DNA of 64,000 nucleotides from the human T2T-CHM13v2.0 reference genome, Homo sapiens, in the NCBI RefSeq assembly GCF_009914755.1, contig NC_060936.1. One strand, written 5' to 3'. The notes under the pieces are model-generated. The model saw nothing but the letters and a program-made list of their open reading frames with translations. It was not told the origin of the DNA and ran no database searches. Of this stretch, positions 25,071 through 44,592 are shown in pieces. Positions within the stretch are counted from its first letter, which is position 1. The number at the start of each line of letters is the position of its first letter. A program made the position numbers and the translations under genes.

Positions 25071-26479
25071 TTGAAATGCCATGAATTATAAAATATGCTA
25101 AAATGCAAAAAAAAAAAAAAAAGTCTTAAAATGTATGCAATAATGTAGTTATTTCACCCTTATACCAGTTGGCCTGGAAGGAACTGTAGGTTTCACCTGA
25201 TGACCTGTGAAGTTAGCTTAGGATCAGAACTTTTAATGGGCTGCCCTAGGATCAGAGCTTAGACTGTTCTTACTGTCTTACTCTCATCTAGCAGCACTAG
25301 GCCTACCCAAAGGGAGTACTGAGAACAGAACAGGAAGTCAACAACTTGAGTCAATAATCAGGGTAACTGGCACCTTTAGGCCATACTTGTTCCAGTTCAA
25401 AAGAATTCTCCTCATGACAGGTGTGTGTCACTGGGTTCACTGCAGAGACCAGATCACACATTTCTTCCAAGAAGTCTATAAAATCAGAACTAAAGAAATC
25501 CAATGGGTTTAACAACTATATCACTACTCCTCTTTCCAAGAACAATTTTGATGGAGTCGGAAAGAAGAAGAAAAATACATTGCTTTGAAGTTAATAATCA
25601 GGTAACATGTAGAACAAAGTGATAATCATCTCTGTTCTAAAGGAGAGGACAGAATTCCCAAACATGGTATCTGTCCATTTTCTCTATTACTTAAGATCAA
25701 GATAATGCATTCCTATAAAACCTTTTTGGGATTTCACTGGTGAAGGAACCTAGTCTAAAATCATTTGCTGTTTCCAACCAAAGGCTCTTGAAATGAAGGA
25801 TTTCTTCATGAATGTGTAATTTAGGTGTTTTGAATCGGACCACTGAAGAGGCATAATAAATTCTTGAATGTTAAGTGATGTTTACCTTTTTGGTTCACTG
25901 TGAAAGAATGTTTAAATTAATTCAGCTTGCTTTATTCCACTGACCAACATTCATGTATATCTTAGTGTCTAGTATGTATCTAGTTAACATCAAAGTGCTC
26001 TTTAAAAATTTTCTTCAACCAGATTCTCAACTGTCACTGTCCTCTACCACCCTTACATTATTATTCTAAATTAGTGAAGTCTTGCTGCCCATATAATAAC
26101 TGTGTTTAGACATACACAGAATATTTCTTAAAGTTCTAAACTCTAAGATTTCCAAACCTGAAGAAGAAAATATAAAATAGGTGTTATCCTTGCTATAGGA
26201 GTTGCCCAGCAAAAGATTCTATTTCCCTTTTCTCCATAGAAGCAAAAGTCATACAGATATGTTAGAGTTAGTGGTTCATGTTTTTTCTGTAAAAGATATA
26301 TTTTATTCTTGTTTTACCAATCTAGCCAGAGAAATGTTTTGAACTTGTTTCCCTAAGTAAAATAAAACTTGTAGGACTAATAGTAGGAGGTCTTAGGAGA
26401 AAATTGGCCAATGAAAAGCCTCATCTCCCACTTCTGATATAACAGCCTTAGTGGAGAGGACCTTAAAAAGTCAAGACTA

Positions 26480-32105
<5,626 letters not shown>

Positions 32106-32661
32106 AGGAAGGAAATAAATCAAATTTTTAAAAAAATCAGAGCTGCTTTTATTCATTGGGGACCAAAGGTCTGAGGTCAGAGTCCCAGGCAGAGACAGGA
32201 ATGTGGTGGTGTGCCTCTTACTGGAGTCACCTGATACTCTGAGACCAAAGTTGACTTCTCATGACTTCCCCTGTAAGAATGTGGCAACCAGCTGAAAATG
32301 GGAATATGGCAACAGCCAAATCTGGGTCCAAAAGTATTCATTTGTGTCACATCCATTGCTATCTACTTTCTTTCTGAGAAAAACATCTAGGTTGTAAGAA
32401 CTGGTACTTTCAGGTCAGAAATAAGAGGAACAAATGAGCTAATGAGTACCTTGTCTCTATTTTCTTTTTGTTCTATAGCCCTCAAATCAGTAGGCTTCTT
32501 TTCCCTTTAAATTTGTTGCTTGATAAATGCTGAATTGAAATGGATAAATTGGGCTATACTTCAACTACTAGATCATTTGCAAAAATCGAATTTTTAAACA
32601 TCGTGTAGTTTCATTTGCCTGGCTGGTGAGCCCCAAAGTTAGAATATTATGAGTGCCTTAT

Positions 32662-33187
32662 TGTATTAATTTCCTATTGCCACCATAACAAATTATTACA
32701 CTCTTGGTGGTTTAAAACAGCACAAACTTATTCTTTCATAGTTCTGGAGGTCACAAATCCAAAGTCAGTATCACTGGGCCAAAATCAAGATGTCATCAGG
32801 GCCACACTTCCTTCAGAAGTTCTAGGAGGGAATTTGTTCCCTGCCTCTTGCAACTTCTGGTTGCAAGCATTCCTTGGTTTGTGGCTACATCACCCCAAAT
32901 CTTCAAGGCCAGTATCTTGAAATCTTTCTCTGTTCCATCGTCATATCACCATCTTCATTGTATGTGTCAACTCTCCCACTGCCTTACTCTTATAGATACC
33001 TGGGATTGTATGTATCCTTATAAGGCTCGTTGGAGCCCACGAGACTAATCCAGGACAATCTCTCCATCCCAAGAGTCTTAATTTAATCATATTCACAAAG
33101 ACCTTTTTTGCCATATAAGGTAACATTCACAGGGTCTAGTGATTAGGACACGAAGATCTTTGAAGGCCCGTTTTTCAATCTACCATA
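32662..33187 (-). mobile_element. MLT1C/D-like solo LTR
   Basis: TGTATTAATTTCCTATTGC...AGTTCTGGAGGTCAC...ATAAGGTAACATTCACAGG. Confidence 0.87.
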
Positions 33188-34118
33188 CTCATTTCTTACC
33201 TATTATCTCACAAATACAAAGTCAAGTAGATAGGTAGGTAGAGTTTAAACCCAAACCAAAGTAACAAGCTATTGGTTTATTCTTCCGCAAACTTTGCCAT
33301 GAAAGTGGTAATATTCAATGATCTGGAAAACTCACCTGAGAGGAACTCTTTATTCATACAATGCTGAATGTATAAGATGTATTGAAAAATTTTTAAAAAA
33401 TCTCTTCAGTAGTTTGATTTCAAAGTACAGTATTTATTTTGGGTCAACATTTTGCCATCAGGCTTTAGAAAGAATGTAATAAAGAAGGATGAAAACAGAG
33501 AACTGGAATTATACTGCAACCTCTAGTTGTGGTACATTTACCCTCACTATCTGTCAATTTAGGTAGGTGTGTGAGTAGAGGAGAAACAAAGGAATTGTCC
33601 ACCCTTGGACTTCAGTATTTCCTTAAATTCCCTATAGAAATGATGTGACAAAGCAAATACCATTTGCTTTTATATTGGAAGAGGACATGAGTCCCTGGGG
33701 TAATAAAACTCAATTCAATTCAATTCACAACCCAAGAGAGTATACAGAATTGGATTCAAAGTTAATCCATTCAGAATTTAAATACATTTTAATATCTTAA
33801 AATACATTGGTGAGTCATTCACACAAGATGGTGTGGTGGACAAGATTAAGGGGTAGAGATAGATCAGGGACAAAATTATGCCCTTAGAGCCTACAACTCA
33901 AGAGGAACCCAAAGTGACCCTGAACCTCAAAGACAGGGAGGAGGAGAAATACTGCCCATAAGGCCCTCAAAAGGAAATTTTTGCTTTTTGTTTCTACCTT
34001 TTATTTCTATTCCCATTGAATATTTTCTAGTCCTACAATAAATTTGATGTTCTGAATGGGTGAGGGTAAGAAGCACTCTGAGATTTAGACCAGAAAGCAC
34101 TAAATAGAACAACGAATT

Positions 34119-34121
34119 CTT

Positions 34122-34188
<67 letters not shown>
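34119..34188. repeat. (CT)n(CA)n compound microsatellite
   Basis: Direct inspection. Confidence 0.97.
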
Positions 34189-34189
<1 letters not shown>

Positions 34190-34715
34190 CTTGGGAGGAC
34201 TGTGTGAGGACACCCATGTACTATGCCTAGGGTAAAGTGACTCATGAAGCTAAATCATGCCGACATTTCTAATTCCAGATCACCAGGGATTTAAATTGTA
34301 CAATGAGGAAATGACTTGTTGGATAACTTCCAGAGTTTTTCTTAAAATTTAATTGCAGCTTACCTAACACTTTTATAAAATATATACATTTTACTTACGT
34401 TTCTTAGTCAAAATATTCCTCTAACCTTTTTTTCTTTTTTTAGTAAGTGACGAAAGTGTTCTTGTTGTAATTAATGAAGAACAAAAATATTGGGGAAACA
34501 TGCCTAAAGGCTTAAACTATAATTCTATTACTAATATATTCCCTTGGCTTGCCTTTTGAACTCGGCTGCCTCTTGCCTTGCAGCTGTGTTTAATGAGTAG
34601 AGAGATTATTCAAATCAGCCCACAGCAGAGCATTATTTCTGAGGCTCTAGCTATCTTGAGCAGGCATCTTCTCCTACAATCAGGCAGTAAAAGCAAACCA
34701 TCACTCTTCAGTTAC

Positions 34716-34792
34716 CTGGCCATGTAAAATAATTCCGTAGACACCAGATCACATCCCTAGATTGGGAGAGAAGCTACTAATGATGCGGTGGC
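34716..34792 (-). ncRNA. Candidate 77-nt non-coding exon
   Basis: Acceptor ATTTCTGCTGTCCTTTTGTCAG| and donor CAG|GTAACT; stops in all frames. Confidence 0.25.
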
Positions 34793-36606
34793 CTGACAAA
34801 AGGACAGCAGAAATAGCCTTCAACATGAAAAATGAGAAGTCACCTGCGCTAGGCTCTACCGTGCGTCAGCTTTCAATTTGTCACTACCTGTCAGTGATGG
34901 AGACTGTTAGTGGCTAATAATGAAAACATGCAGCCTTACAAAATAGTCTCTTTAAAAATCACTGTTTGTGGGCATATGGCCTTTGTCCCAATAACATCAC
35001 AATGGGACTCACTGCAAATGGGCAGGCCAATGTTTAATAATTTTTAGGATGTTAAAATGAGTTCCTACTCATGTAAGATTTAAAAGTCAGAACAACTCTC
35101 TAGGGGAGAAACCCCTGAGACAGTTACAAAGTTGCCAAGAAAATTTAATAAGAACTAATTTTGAGCTGATAAGCATTCAATCCAATATGGTGGGATTAAG
35201 CAATAAGAATTCTTCCTGGGACTTTACAGAGAGATAAGCATCTCATGAATAAGTAAATTCTGAAACAGGAGGCTACAGGGTGTTTATTGATTTTGAAATA
35301 ATTTGTTTGAGAAATTGCCCTTGAGGAAAAACTATTATGGCTGATAATATAATAGTTATATTCAGAGACAACCCATTTCTTTGGCTGATGGCAGAATAGA
35401 AAGATTATCCACACAATACAAAATTTATAAGCACAAGTTTGATCCACAAAATCCACTCATTATTCTAATCTTCCATTTCCTATTCCTATAAATTTCCATA
35501 TATAATTTTTAGAGTCAAAAATAAGTAAAAGCCTAAATAAATAGAGTATCCAATTTACTAAATACTTTTGCTACAACTGGAATTGAAATGTTTTGCAAAA
35601 AGGCTGTGTCCAGAGACATTCAAAGGTTCATATGCATTCATACCAATCCTTTACACAGTGTGACTCTACCTCTGCAACTGGGGATAATAACTAAAATTTA
35701 GAGGGAACTTCTGTGTCATTTAAATATTTTCAAAACAACATTTTTCAGTTTATCATTCTCATTAAAGTAAAAAAGCAAGAAAAATTCAATCACTTTTAAC
35801 AATGGTGGAAGCATAAGTTTTATGGTAAATTCTGAGTTAGCCAGAAAATTTCATCACAAAAATCTTGTGTTTACTAATAATTGGGTAGTCATTTTTTTTC
35901 CAGAACATCCCTCTTAAAGGACATCTCCCAGTTGCTCCCTTTTTTGACTGCTATCCAACATAAAGCAAGGTAACAGGATTCAATTTGTTTATCAATGAAG
36001 ATGCAGTAGCTAAAACAATACTGTCTTCCATGACAGTATCATGATACATCAGTACCTATATTGGGTTCCACATGAGTAGTGAGCTGCCCATCCTCTCCTG
36101 CTTGCATCTAGTCTCTGAGGGAAGAATGAGTTCTCTTCAGGACAAACTCTCCCTCTCTCTGTCCTCTTAATTCCCTCCTTCCTGTGTCTTCCAGGACCAT
36201 ATTGCATCAATTGTGCCCTCTTCTAGATTTATCCTTGCCTCTTCTGTTTGCTCTTTCTCCTTAGCCTATTAACAAGTGACCTGACTTCATTAAAAAATAA
36301 AACCAACCTCTCTCTGTTTGCCAACTCATCTTCATCCACACATGACTTGCCAGATTCTTGAGTAACTACACTCTAGTCTCCACTTGTGACTCAGCAGGCT
36401 GCTTCATTCTTTGATCCATTTTCCACTAGCACCAACACATGGAAATGTCTCCCAAGCCTCAATCATGCTTGACTGCCTCAGGTTCTCATCAATATTTGAC
36501 GCTATTGGTCACTGTATCAATCTTTCTCTCTGTCTTCCATGACCTGGTTCTCCTGCTCCTGCCAGGTTTGTTGAGCTCTGAGGCCAAATGCCTCCCCAAC
36601 TTCTCC

Positions 36607-36978
36607 TGTATTAGTCTGTTCTCACACTGCTATAAGGACATACCCGAGACTGGGTGATTTATAAAGGAAAGAGGTTTAATTGACTTACAGTTCCACAGGG
36701 CTGGGGAGGCCTCAGGAAACTTTCAATCATGGCGAAAGGAGAAGCAAACATATCCTTCTTCATATGGCACCAGGAAGGAGAAGAATGAGAGCTGAGTGAC
36801 GAGGGAAGCCCCTTATAAAACAATCAGATCTCATGAGTAGTTACTATCATGAGAACAAGATGGGGGAGCCACGCCCTTGGTTCAATTATCTCCACCTGGT
36901 CCCTCCCATGATAGAAGGGAATTATGGGAACTACAATTCAAGATGCAAATTGGGTGAGGACACAGACAAACCATATCA
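36607..36978 (-). mobile_element. THE1 (THE1C/D-like) solo LTR
   Basis: TGTATTAGTCTGTTCTCACACTGCTATAAGGACATACCCGAGACTGGG...AAACCATATCA. Confidence 0.93.
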
Positions 36979-37987
36979 CCCCCTAAAGAAACAGTACACA
37001 ACCTATAATGCCACGTTGTCTGGAATGTTTTCTGACTCCATCCAAGAAAAGAGTCATCCACATCTTGTACATGTCTCTGTAATACCTCTTCACACATCAA
37101 ATAGAGCTTCTATTTATTAATTCACCAAATACTGTTGCATTTCTTCTTGGTGTGAGGTACTGGTTTTGGCATTTGGGACATTTTTGCAGAAAATGATCCC
37201 ACTACTTAAAATGCCCTCCCCTCTAGCTTCTCAGGTACCCTCCTCCGAGATACAATTCAAAGCCACTTTTCCCATGAACACCCAGTGAATGCCCCAACTA
37301 AAGTAATGCCTTACATTTTTAAATGCTCACAACCATTAATTTGCATCTCCAACTCTTGTCTGCTTGCTTCTATTTCTCAAGATTATCTGTATGCAGAATT
37401 TTTAATCTCTGTCTTCCTATCTAACCTTGTCTCTGACTTCCCACCTCGTCTGAGGACTTTGGCTTCTTTCTGCTCCTGGCAGTTGTTGACTCCTGCTGCC
37501 CAGGACTTGCTCCCTCAAGGTCTTCACTTGACTGTTTCCTTTGCATTATTCAGATTCAGGGCTCAGAGAAGCATCCCAGAACTCCTTTCCTGTCCCAGCT
37601 ACTCTCGATCACATTATTTCTGTATTCATGTTTTTACAGCACTCATCATCAGTACCTATTTTATTTGTGGTTTATTAAATGTGTTTACTTGACTGTAAGC
37701 TCAATGACAGGGAAATTGTCTTGTTCACTGCTGACTCCTCAGTGCTCACAGCACATAGTATGACTCAATAAATATATGCAGAATGAACGAAAACCTCGTG
37801 GCCTCTATTAACTTGACAGCTACTTTGAGAACACAGAAGTTCCTTTTTATAGCTTTTAGACCCCTATGATGTATGGTCCCTTTCCTGAAGGAAAATACTC
37901 ATTTAAATATTTATTGAATGAATGAATGAGTAAATAAATAAGAAAAGAATTCTTTGGATATATTCTGATAAAAAGAACCTTATAAAC

Positions 37988-38166
37988 CACTGGCTTTCAA
38001 CCTTCACTGCCCATTAGAATCACCTGGGGGGCTTTTTAAAAATGTCAATGCCCTGGTCCCACCCCCAGAGATTCTGCTTTAATTAGGCTGGAAAAGCACT
38101 TGGGCATCAATATACTTTTAAGCTCTCCAGATGATTCTAATGGGAAGCCAAAGTTGAGAACCACTG
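37988..38166. mobile_element. MER5A-type hAT-Charlie MITE
   Basis: TTAGAATCACCTGGGG...CCCCAGAGATTCTG...TGATTCTAATG...TTGAGAACCACTG. Confidence 0.85.
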
Positions 38167-39629
38167 CTCTAAACCCTACAGAAGAATGTCAAATCCAAAT
38201 AAAATGTTGAATTCTGAACAAGACTTAGGCCATTGATTTGATTCTTGAATTGCTCTTCATGAGGAATTGTGAGCAAGTGCCCTCTTTTGCAAAGGCCTAC
38301 TGAAAGAGAACACTTTGAAGCAAAAAAAAAAAAAAAAAAGATATACTACTTTGGTGCTATATACTAAAGGAGGTGGCCTTTCAAAGCAAACACTACATAG
38401 ACCCATCTACTCTTCACAAGTTCTTTGGGAAAATCATTGGCTACAGCACATGCAGTTCCCCATAAGCCAGAGCAGAAAATGTATGCTACGTCATAAAGGC
38501 AATTAGTATGACTTTGGAGAGATTTGGAGCCTATATGCAGAGGAATGGATTATACCTTCCTGTCACGGTATTAATATGAATGGTGTAAGCCTATTGTGTT
38601 CAAGATTCAATAAACCTGCAATGATTTAGGCAGAGAGGGTATCTGTAAAGCAGAAGAAAGCCTGCCTAATTAGAAAAACAAGGAATGGGAAAATAAATAA
38701 AGGGGTTGAACGAAGTCAGCTCTGGCTTTAATTTGCCTGGAGACATCCTAACACTTGCTGCAAAATAAATCGAATTTTTGCTGTATACATTCAATATTTG
38801 TTAATAAGCTGACAGCTAGCGATTTTCTGTATTTCCTGCACAAGCAGGGAGTGGTGTGTGTATTGTCAGGTTGGTGCATGCAATGAACCACTTGGAGGCA
38901 ACTTTCAGTCTGCAAAAGCACAGCCTGGGCTCCAGAGAAGACTGCCCCCAACTTGTACATCAGGAGGAAAAAAGACAGCATAGGTGAGATCCATGTGCTT
39001 CATATATTGTGTTGGGAAGGAAAATAATAATTTTTAGAGGCCATTTGACAAGGAATTTCTACCCTGCTAGTCTGGTTTAGCATTTCTGAATGTGACAAAT
39101 AACAGGGCTCTTGGACAGCCCATTTTTTTTCTTTATTTTGATACCCTTACAGCAGTAATCATGCCTCTTGTCAGGTGTTATAAAGATAAAGACAAATGTT
39201 CCCTATTGCTATTCTGTCAATGCAGCTCAACCCAAGCCAAAGAAAGACGCCCCTGCCGGATGTGGGGAATGCACCATTTGCCTTGTCTCCATCACAGATG
39301 GAAGCACATCCTGTCCCAACAGGATCCTCAGGTCAGAAAAATAGAAATCTGCTGCTGACAGTGTCAAAGCTTGCTTTGCCTGCTCCAGAAACTAGTGCAC
39401 CTTGTGCATTCCCTCCACGCTGACACCAAGATTTATTTTCCTTTTCTGGTACTATTGATTAGACTGTACAACATATTCATAGGGTCAAATAGCAAAACAA
39501 TTCCTTTATCAAATAAGATGGGCTTTGGCACTAGTGTTTTTTTTTTTTAAACGGAAAGACACCGTACTGTCATTTATTGATGGTAGCAATATTTGAGAAA
39601 CATAAAATAATTTTCAAAGATGTGGTTCA

Positions 39630-39740
39630 GGAACCCATCTGAAAAATTGTTGATGCCAAAACAGATGGAGTTTGGCTTAATTGTTGAAATAAATTGCCAT
39701 ATGGAACAAAACACAGCTGATTATTGCATTAACACTAATG
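39630..39740. promoter_or_regulatory. Candidate enhancer core: E-box, homeobox and SOX motif cluster
   Basis: CATCTG 39636, CAGATG 39662, CATATG 39698, CAGCTG 39714, plus TTAATT and ATTGTT, in apparently unique sequence. Confidence 0.35.
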
Positions 39741-41044
39741 TTAATATGTTTCATCATTCTGTTGTCATTGTAGCTACAGTTGTCACCATACTCTAATCAA
39801 TATGCTTATAAGGAAATACAAATTTTGGAATTTGGGACCTAAAGGAGATTTCAGAGATTATCTAGTTATCTTATAGATGAGGAAACTGAGGCCTGCAAGG
39901 ATGAGTGCTTTGTATAAAGGCATGTGCCCTATAACCTGGAAATGAAAGAGAGTCTAAAAACATATGGCACATATCAGCAAGGCATTCATTAAAAGCAAGA
40001 TGATTATAACTCAAGGTGAAGTATCACTACTGCAAATGAGCATGATAAGAGACTTGGTGCAATGAGATGAAATAGATAGGACTTCCCAATTCGAAAAGCT
40101 TCTTTTTCATGCTTAGCATCTCTTTGTTAACACCCAAGATACTCTATGTTCTCTTCTTGAACTTTTGTAATGGTTTCTCAGTTAGCATCTTCTTCTGAGG
40201 ATATTCTCCATATAAAATAAAAGCATTTCTGGATGATAGAAAAAAAAACATACACAAATAAGCCACAGGAGATGGTGGGGAAAGAAAACGGAACACAAGA
40301 ACAGAGAGTTCAGTTCCATTTCCAGGTGTGGTGAGTGAAGTTTTTTACTCTTAGTTTTTCTCATAACTGTTGATCCTTCTGTGGTCCTCTCTTCTCTGTA
40401 AAGTGGGAAATGAATGGGAATTGATCTAAAAAGCTATTTCAAAAGTTATTACAGGATTGTCAGTAATCCTTCTAAACCTAACCTCCATCTCTACTGCCAC
40501 CCCTATACCTGACACACAAAACCCTTTGAAAAGCTAGTGTTGGAAGTCTGAAGTGTCTGAAGTGTGAAAACAGTAAGCCAGTGGCCACCCCCTACCCCAG
40601 CCCCAGCTCAAGGTCAGTGACCCAGAAACAAGTGAGAGAAGGCTTCCAAATTCTGTGAAAGTAATTGTACAGGTGCATTGAATGGATGCTCTGTTTCATG
40701 ATTTGTGTTTCATCCCACTGCAGCAAACTTTTAAGAGATGTCCAAATCCTTTCATTATCTCCGGCTACCACCCCTGACAGAGTCCTCTGTTACAGTACTC
40801 TCCACCTTTAATTTCCCTTTATTATTTCTTTTTCTATCTTTTCCAGCTAGTTTGTCAGCTCCTGGCCAAAAAAAGAGAGGAAAAAAATATGTAATTATCT
40901 ATGCAACTCTGTGCTTAAGACAACAGGCAGTAACTGGTAATGAATATATGCATGGATCTAGAATTTGTTGAGCTCCTGAGTTCTGAGTTCTGTATTAGGC
41001 AGTGGGTGTTTAAATGCTTGTGTCTGCTGTGTATTTGCTAATTA

Positions 41045-41545
41045 TGAGTTAGGGTAAGAGCCAAGCTGCTATAACAAAGAGACCTGAAGATATAGTGACA
41101 TACTTAAGATATAAGTTTGTTTTTCTCTCACATAACAGACCAGTAGTAGGTGAGTGGTCCAAAGTGGGTAAGTGGCTGTGGTCTGCAAAGTTATTTTGGG
41201 ACCTGAGCTGGTGGGTTATTTCTGCCATCTTCAACATATGGTTTCCATCTCTGGGCCTCACATGGCTCCATTTCCCAGCCTGTAAAAATGGGGAAGGAAA
41301 ACGAGAGAGGGAAAGAGTGGAGAGCAAGCAGCTTTCTTAGCACACATTTCTTCCATTCATATCCCATTGGCCAAACTTTGTCACATGAGCACACCTTAGT
41401 TGCAAGAGAAGCTGGGAAATTTAATTCTCAAGCTGGACAGCCATGTGCCTAGATAAAATTCAAATGTGGGAGATGAGGAACAGTATCTATTAATAAAAAG
41501 AAAGAAGAGAAAATGGATACTGAAGAACTAGTTGCCTCCACCACA
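41045..41545 (-). mobile_element. Old MLT1 (J/K-like) LTR
   Basis: GCTGCTATAACAAAGAGACC...CCCATTGGCCAAACTTTGTCACATG...GCTGGGAAATT. Confidence 0.7.
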
Positions 41546-41639
41546 GTGTTTGTTTTGGAAGAAGAAGATGCAAGAAAAGAAATATAGTTTGGACTTAACA
41601 AAATACAAACAATTAATAGGGTTATGAGCTGTATCTACT

Positions 41640-42127
41640 ACATTTTGCTATCCCAAAGTTAGCACTGAAAACACTTATTTGCTCACAATCCTGTGGATTA
41701 GCAATTTGAGTTAGGCTCAGCTGGAATGGCTCCTCTCTAGTCCACAGGGTGTTGGCTGGGCCCAATCATGCATGGTCAGCTGGCTGTTTACATGTCTCGG
41801 GGTTGACTGGCTGTTGGCAAAGGCAATTGTCCCAAGAAGTAACTGTCCTTATGCTGCTCATCATCCAGCAGGTAGCCCGAGTTTGTTGGACACAAGATTA
41901 CCAAGAGCAGCAAGGGACAGCAAGGTCCCGAGAGTAAGTACTTTTCAAGGCTCTACTTGCATCAGATGTGCTAATGTTCCACTGGCCAAAGCAAGTCATG
42001 TAGTCAAGCCCAAAGTCAGAGTAAAGAAATAGATTCACTTCCGAATGGGAGTTGCTGCCAACTTACATTGCAAAGGGGCACGCATATAAGAAGAAAAATT
42101 TCTGACCATTTATGCAAACAATCTACC
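41640..42127 (-). mobile_element. Old MLT1 (H/I-like) LTR
   Basis: TTTGCTCACAATCCTGTGG...GGCTCAGCTGG...CACTGGCCAAAGCAAGTCATG...ACATTGCAAAGGGG. Confidence 0.7.
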
Positions 42128-43237
42128 GTGAAAGCTAGACTCAAAATATATCAATAGAAAGTATCAGAGCACTTTCTACAATGCTTTATAAGAGATGGAA
42201 GGTTCTAAATTTGTTGGCCAAATTTTCTGAAAGGAATAACTAAATGGATATTATCTGTAGTATCAGAAAAGGTACAAATCTCAGTAGAATAAACCATTTT
42301 ATTCTCCAAGAAACTATTTTTTTAAAGTATCACAGGAACATTATGAAGACAAAAATAATTCACTTTCTGGGAAAAAAGGGTTATGCTCTCCAGAAAGGGT
42401 ATCTTTTGAACTGAATGAATAAAATTATATTAGCCCTAAAAAAAGTTGGAGAACGTTTTACACATCCCCACCATTTTATCTTTCTAATCCAATTCCATAA
42501 GCCTGTGTTGAGTACCTACCACATGCTAAGCCCTGTGGCAATTTTGTAATGACAAGGGATATTAAAGTATCATGAATTTGGAAATGTTCTCATTGAATTA
42601 CTTATCAAGTGAGTTTGGTGAAAGTCCTCCCAGTTTTTGGTAAAGAAACTGAGTAAGAAGAGTGCGTTAGTAAAGCTATCCAAGGATACAGTGGTGGGAC
42701 CCAGGGCAGAATCCAGAGCTGTCTTTGCCATGTACCAGGGCACTGGTGATGAGAATAAAGGCACAGAAGACAGGAGAGGGCTAGATTGGGACATCTGTTA
42801 TTTTAGGAATTTAGAAATGAAAAATTAGGGTCACGAAGAACTAGATGCAAATTATTAAATTAACCCAATGTACTCAGCATAAACACATTAATAATATGCT
42901 TTTGAGGTTTCCCAGCAGAAAAAAATCCAAGTTCTTACATACCCTGTAAGGCTCTGCAAGACCTAAATGGTCCATCTCCTACCATCTTCTTCTCCCTCTC
43001 TCTGTTCCTGCCACCCTACCTCATTGCTGTTCCTCAAAAACACCAAGACATCCCTTCTCAGTGCTGTGTACCTCCTCTCCCCTCTAGTTGGACCACTTTT
43101 TCCATCCCAGAGCTCTACAAGCCTCTTCCCAAGTTTTAGCTCAGATATCACCTTACTGGAGAGGCCCTTCCTAAACATACTGTATGAAACACAACTTTCC
43201 CTCTGCCTTTCATACTCTGTCTCCTTAACATACTATC

Positions 43238-43522
43238 TTTTTTTTTCTCACTCTGTCGCCAGGCTGGAGTGCAGTGGCATAATCTCGGCTCACTGCAACC
43301 TCCGACTCCCTGGTTCAAGCAATTATCCTGTAGCCAGGAGCCTCCCAAGTAGCCAGGATTACAGGTAAGCACCATCACGCCCAGCTAATTTTTTTTGTAT
43401 TTTTAGTAGAGACAGGGTTTCACCATGTTGGCCAGGATGGTCTCGATCTCCTGACCTTGTAATCTGCCCGCCTCAGCCTCCCAAAGTGCTGGAATTACAG
43501 GCATGAGCCACCGCGCCTGGCC
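43238..43522 (-). mobile_element. Alu (AluS-like) within L2
   Basis: Reverse Alu ending GAGCCACCGCGCCTGGCC; flanks resemble ATACTATCT/ATGCTATCT. Confidence 0.95.
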
Positions 43523-44485
43523 CATGCTATCTATTTTTATTCTTAGCACTTCTCATCTCCTGAGTTGATAGATACTTATTGTCTGTCTTTCTTACTAGAA
43601 TACAAGCTCTTCAAGATTTGGTCTATTTTGATAACCATTTTATTCCTAGCACCTAGGATAGTGTCAAGCCTATAGTAAGTTTTCAATAAACATTTGTTGA
43701 AAGAAGTATTCTTCACTGATATATATATGCATGTATTGTATTATGGAAATACATATATGCATATACGTGTAGATGTATATATACATATTTACTCCTCTGT
43801 GCCAATGAAGAACAACTGCTACAGTGTGCTCCTGGGCTTAATTAACAATCTCTTCTCATCAGGGCATGATTATCACTCTAAAATTTGTTAACTTTATGTT
43901 TTTGATCTCCTTTTGTTACTCTGTCGCATCAGTGTTCACTGATTATTTGCAATTTGTATTTCACACAGATTCATGAACTTCACTTTTTTGTGAGACCGGA
44001 TAGAAGTCATTAAAGAGAATCCTCGTGACCCAAAATTGCTTAAAATGCACTCTTTCATGTAAAGAGAATTTCTGCCTTGAAATACATAGATGTTATCTAT
44101 AATAGTCATTTCTATTGATCTAGATGGTCACTTTCCTATTTGCTATTACACAGGTATAGACAATAGTGAAAGACAATGCTCCCTGTACCTCAGATGGTGC
44201 ATAATAAAATGCCCCCACACCCCTGCTACACAATACAATTACAATTATATTTTTATTATATAATAAAAATGTTTAAAGCACCTTCCGATGTATTTGTTTC
44301 CTGTAAGGAAAGTAAGTCTTTCAGATTAATTACTATTTAGAGGTTTCTCCCCACTAAAGAAAAGCTATTGTTTGTTGTGCAATTATTTTCTGCCTCTAAA
44401 ATATCTCCCACCTAACACAAGTGAGAATAAAAGCTTTCGGCTTCCTAGCTCACTGAGGATTGACATTTAACCTTTTCATGCCTAG

Positions 44486-44592
44486 ACACATGTGGGTTAC
44501 TGAGTACATGTGGATCACCAAGGAGGAACTCCATGGAGCCTGGGAAGGTCAACAGAAGGGGCCATAGCGGAGAGAAAAGGCACAATACTCAG
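44486..44592 (+). ncRNA. Candidate 107-nt exon
   Basis: Acceptor TTTAACCTTTTCATGCCTAG| and donor CAG|GTAAGA; purine-rich body. Confidence 0.35.

Noticed and set aside
33811-34244. AP-1 sites (TGAGTCA/TGACTCA) here and elsewhere
   Set aside because: A 7-mer is expected several times in 64 kb by chance, and there is no tight clustering.
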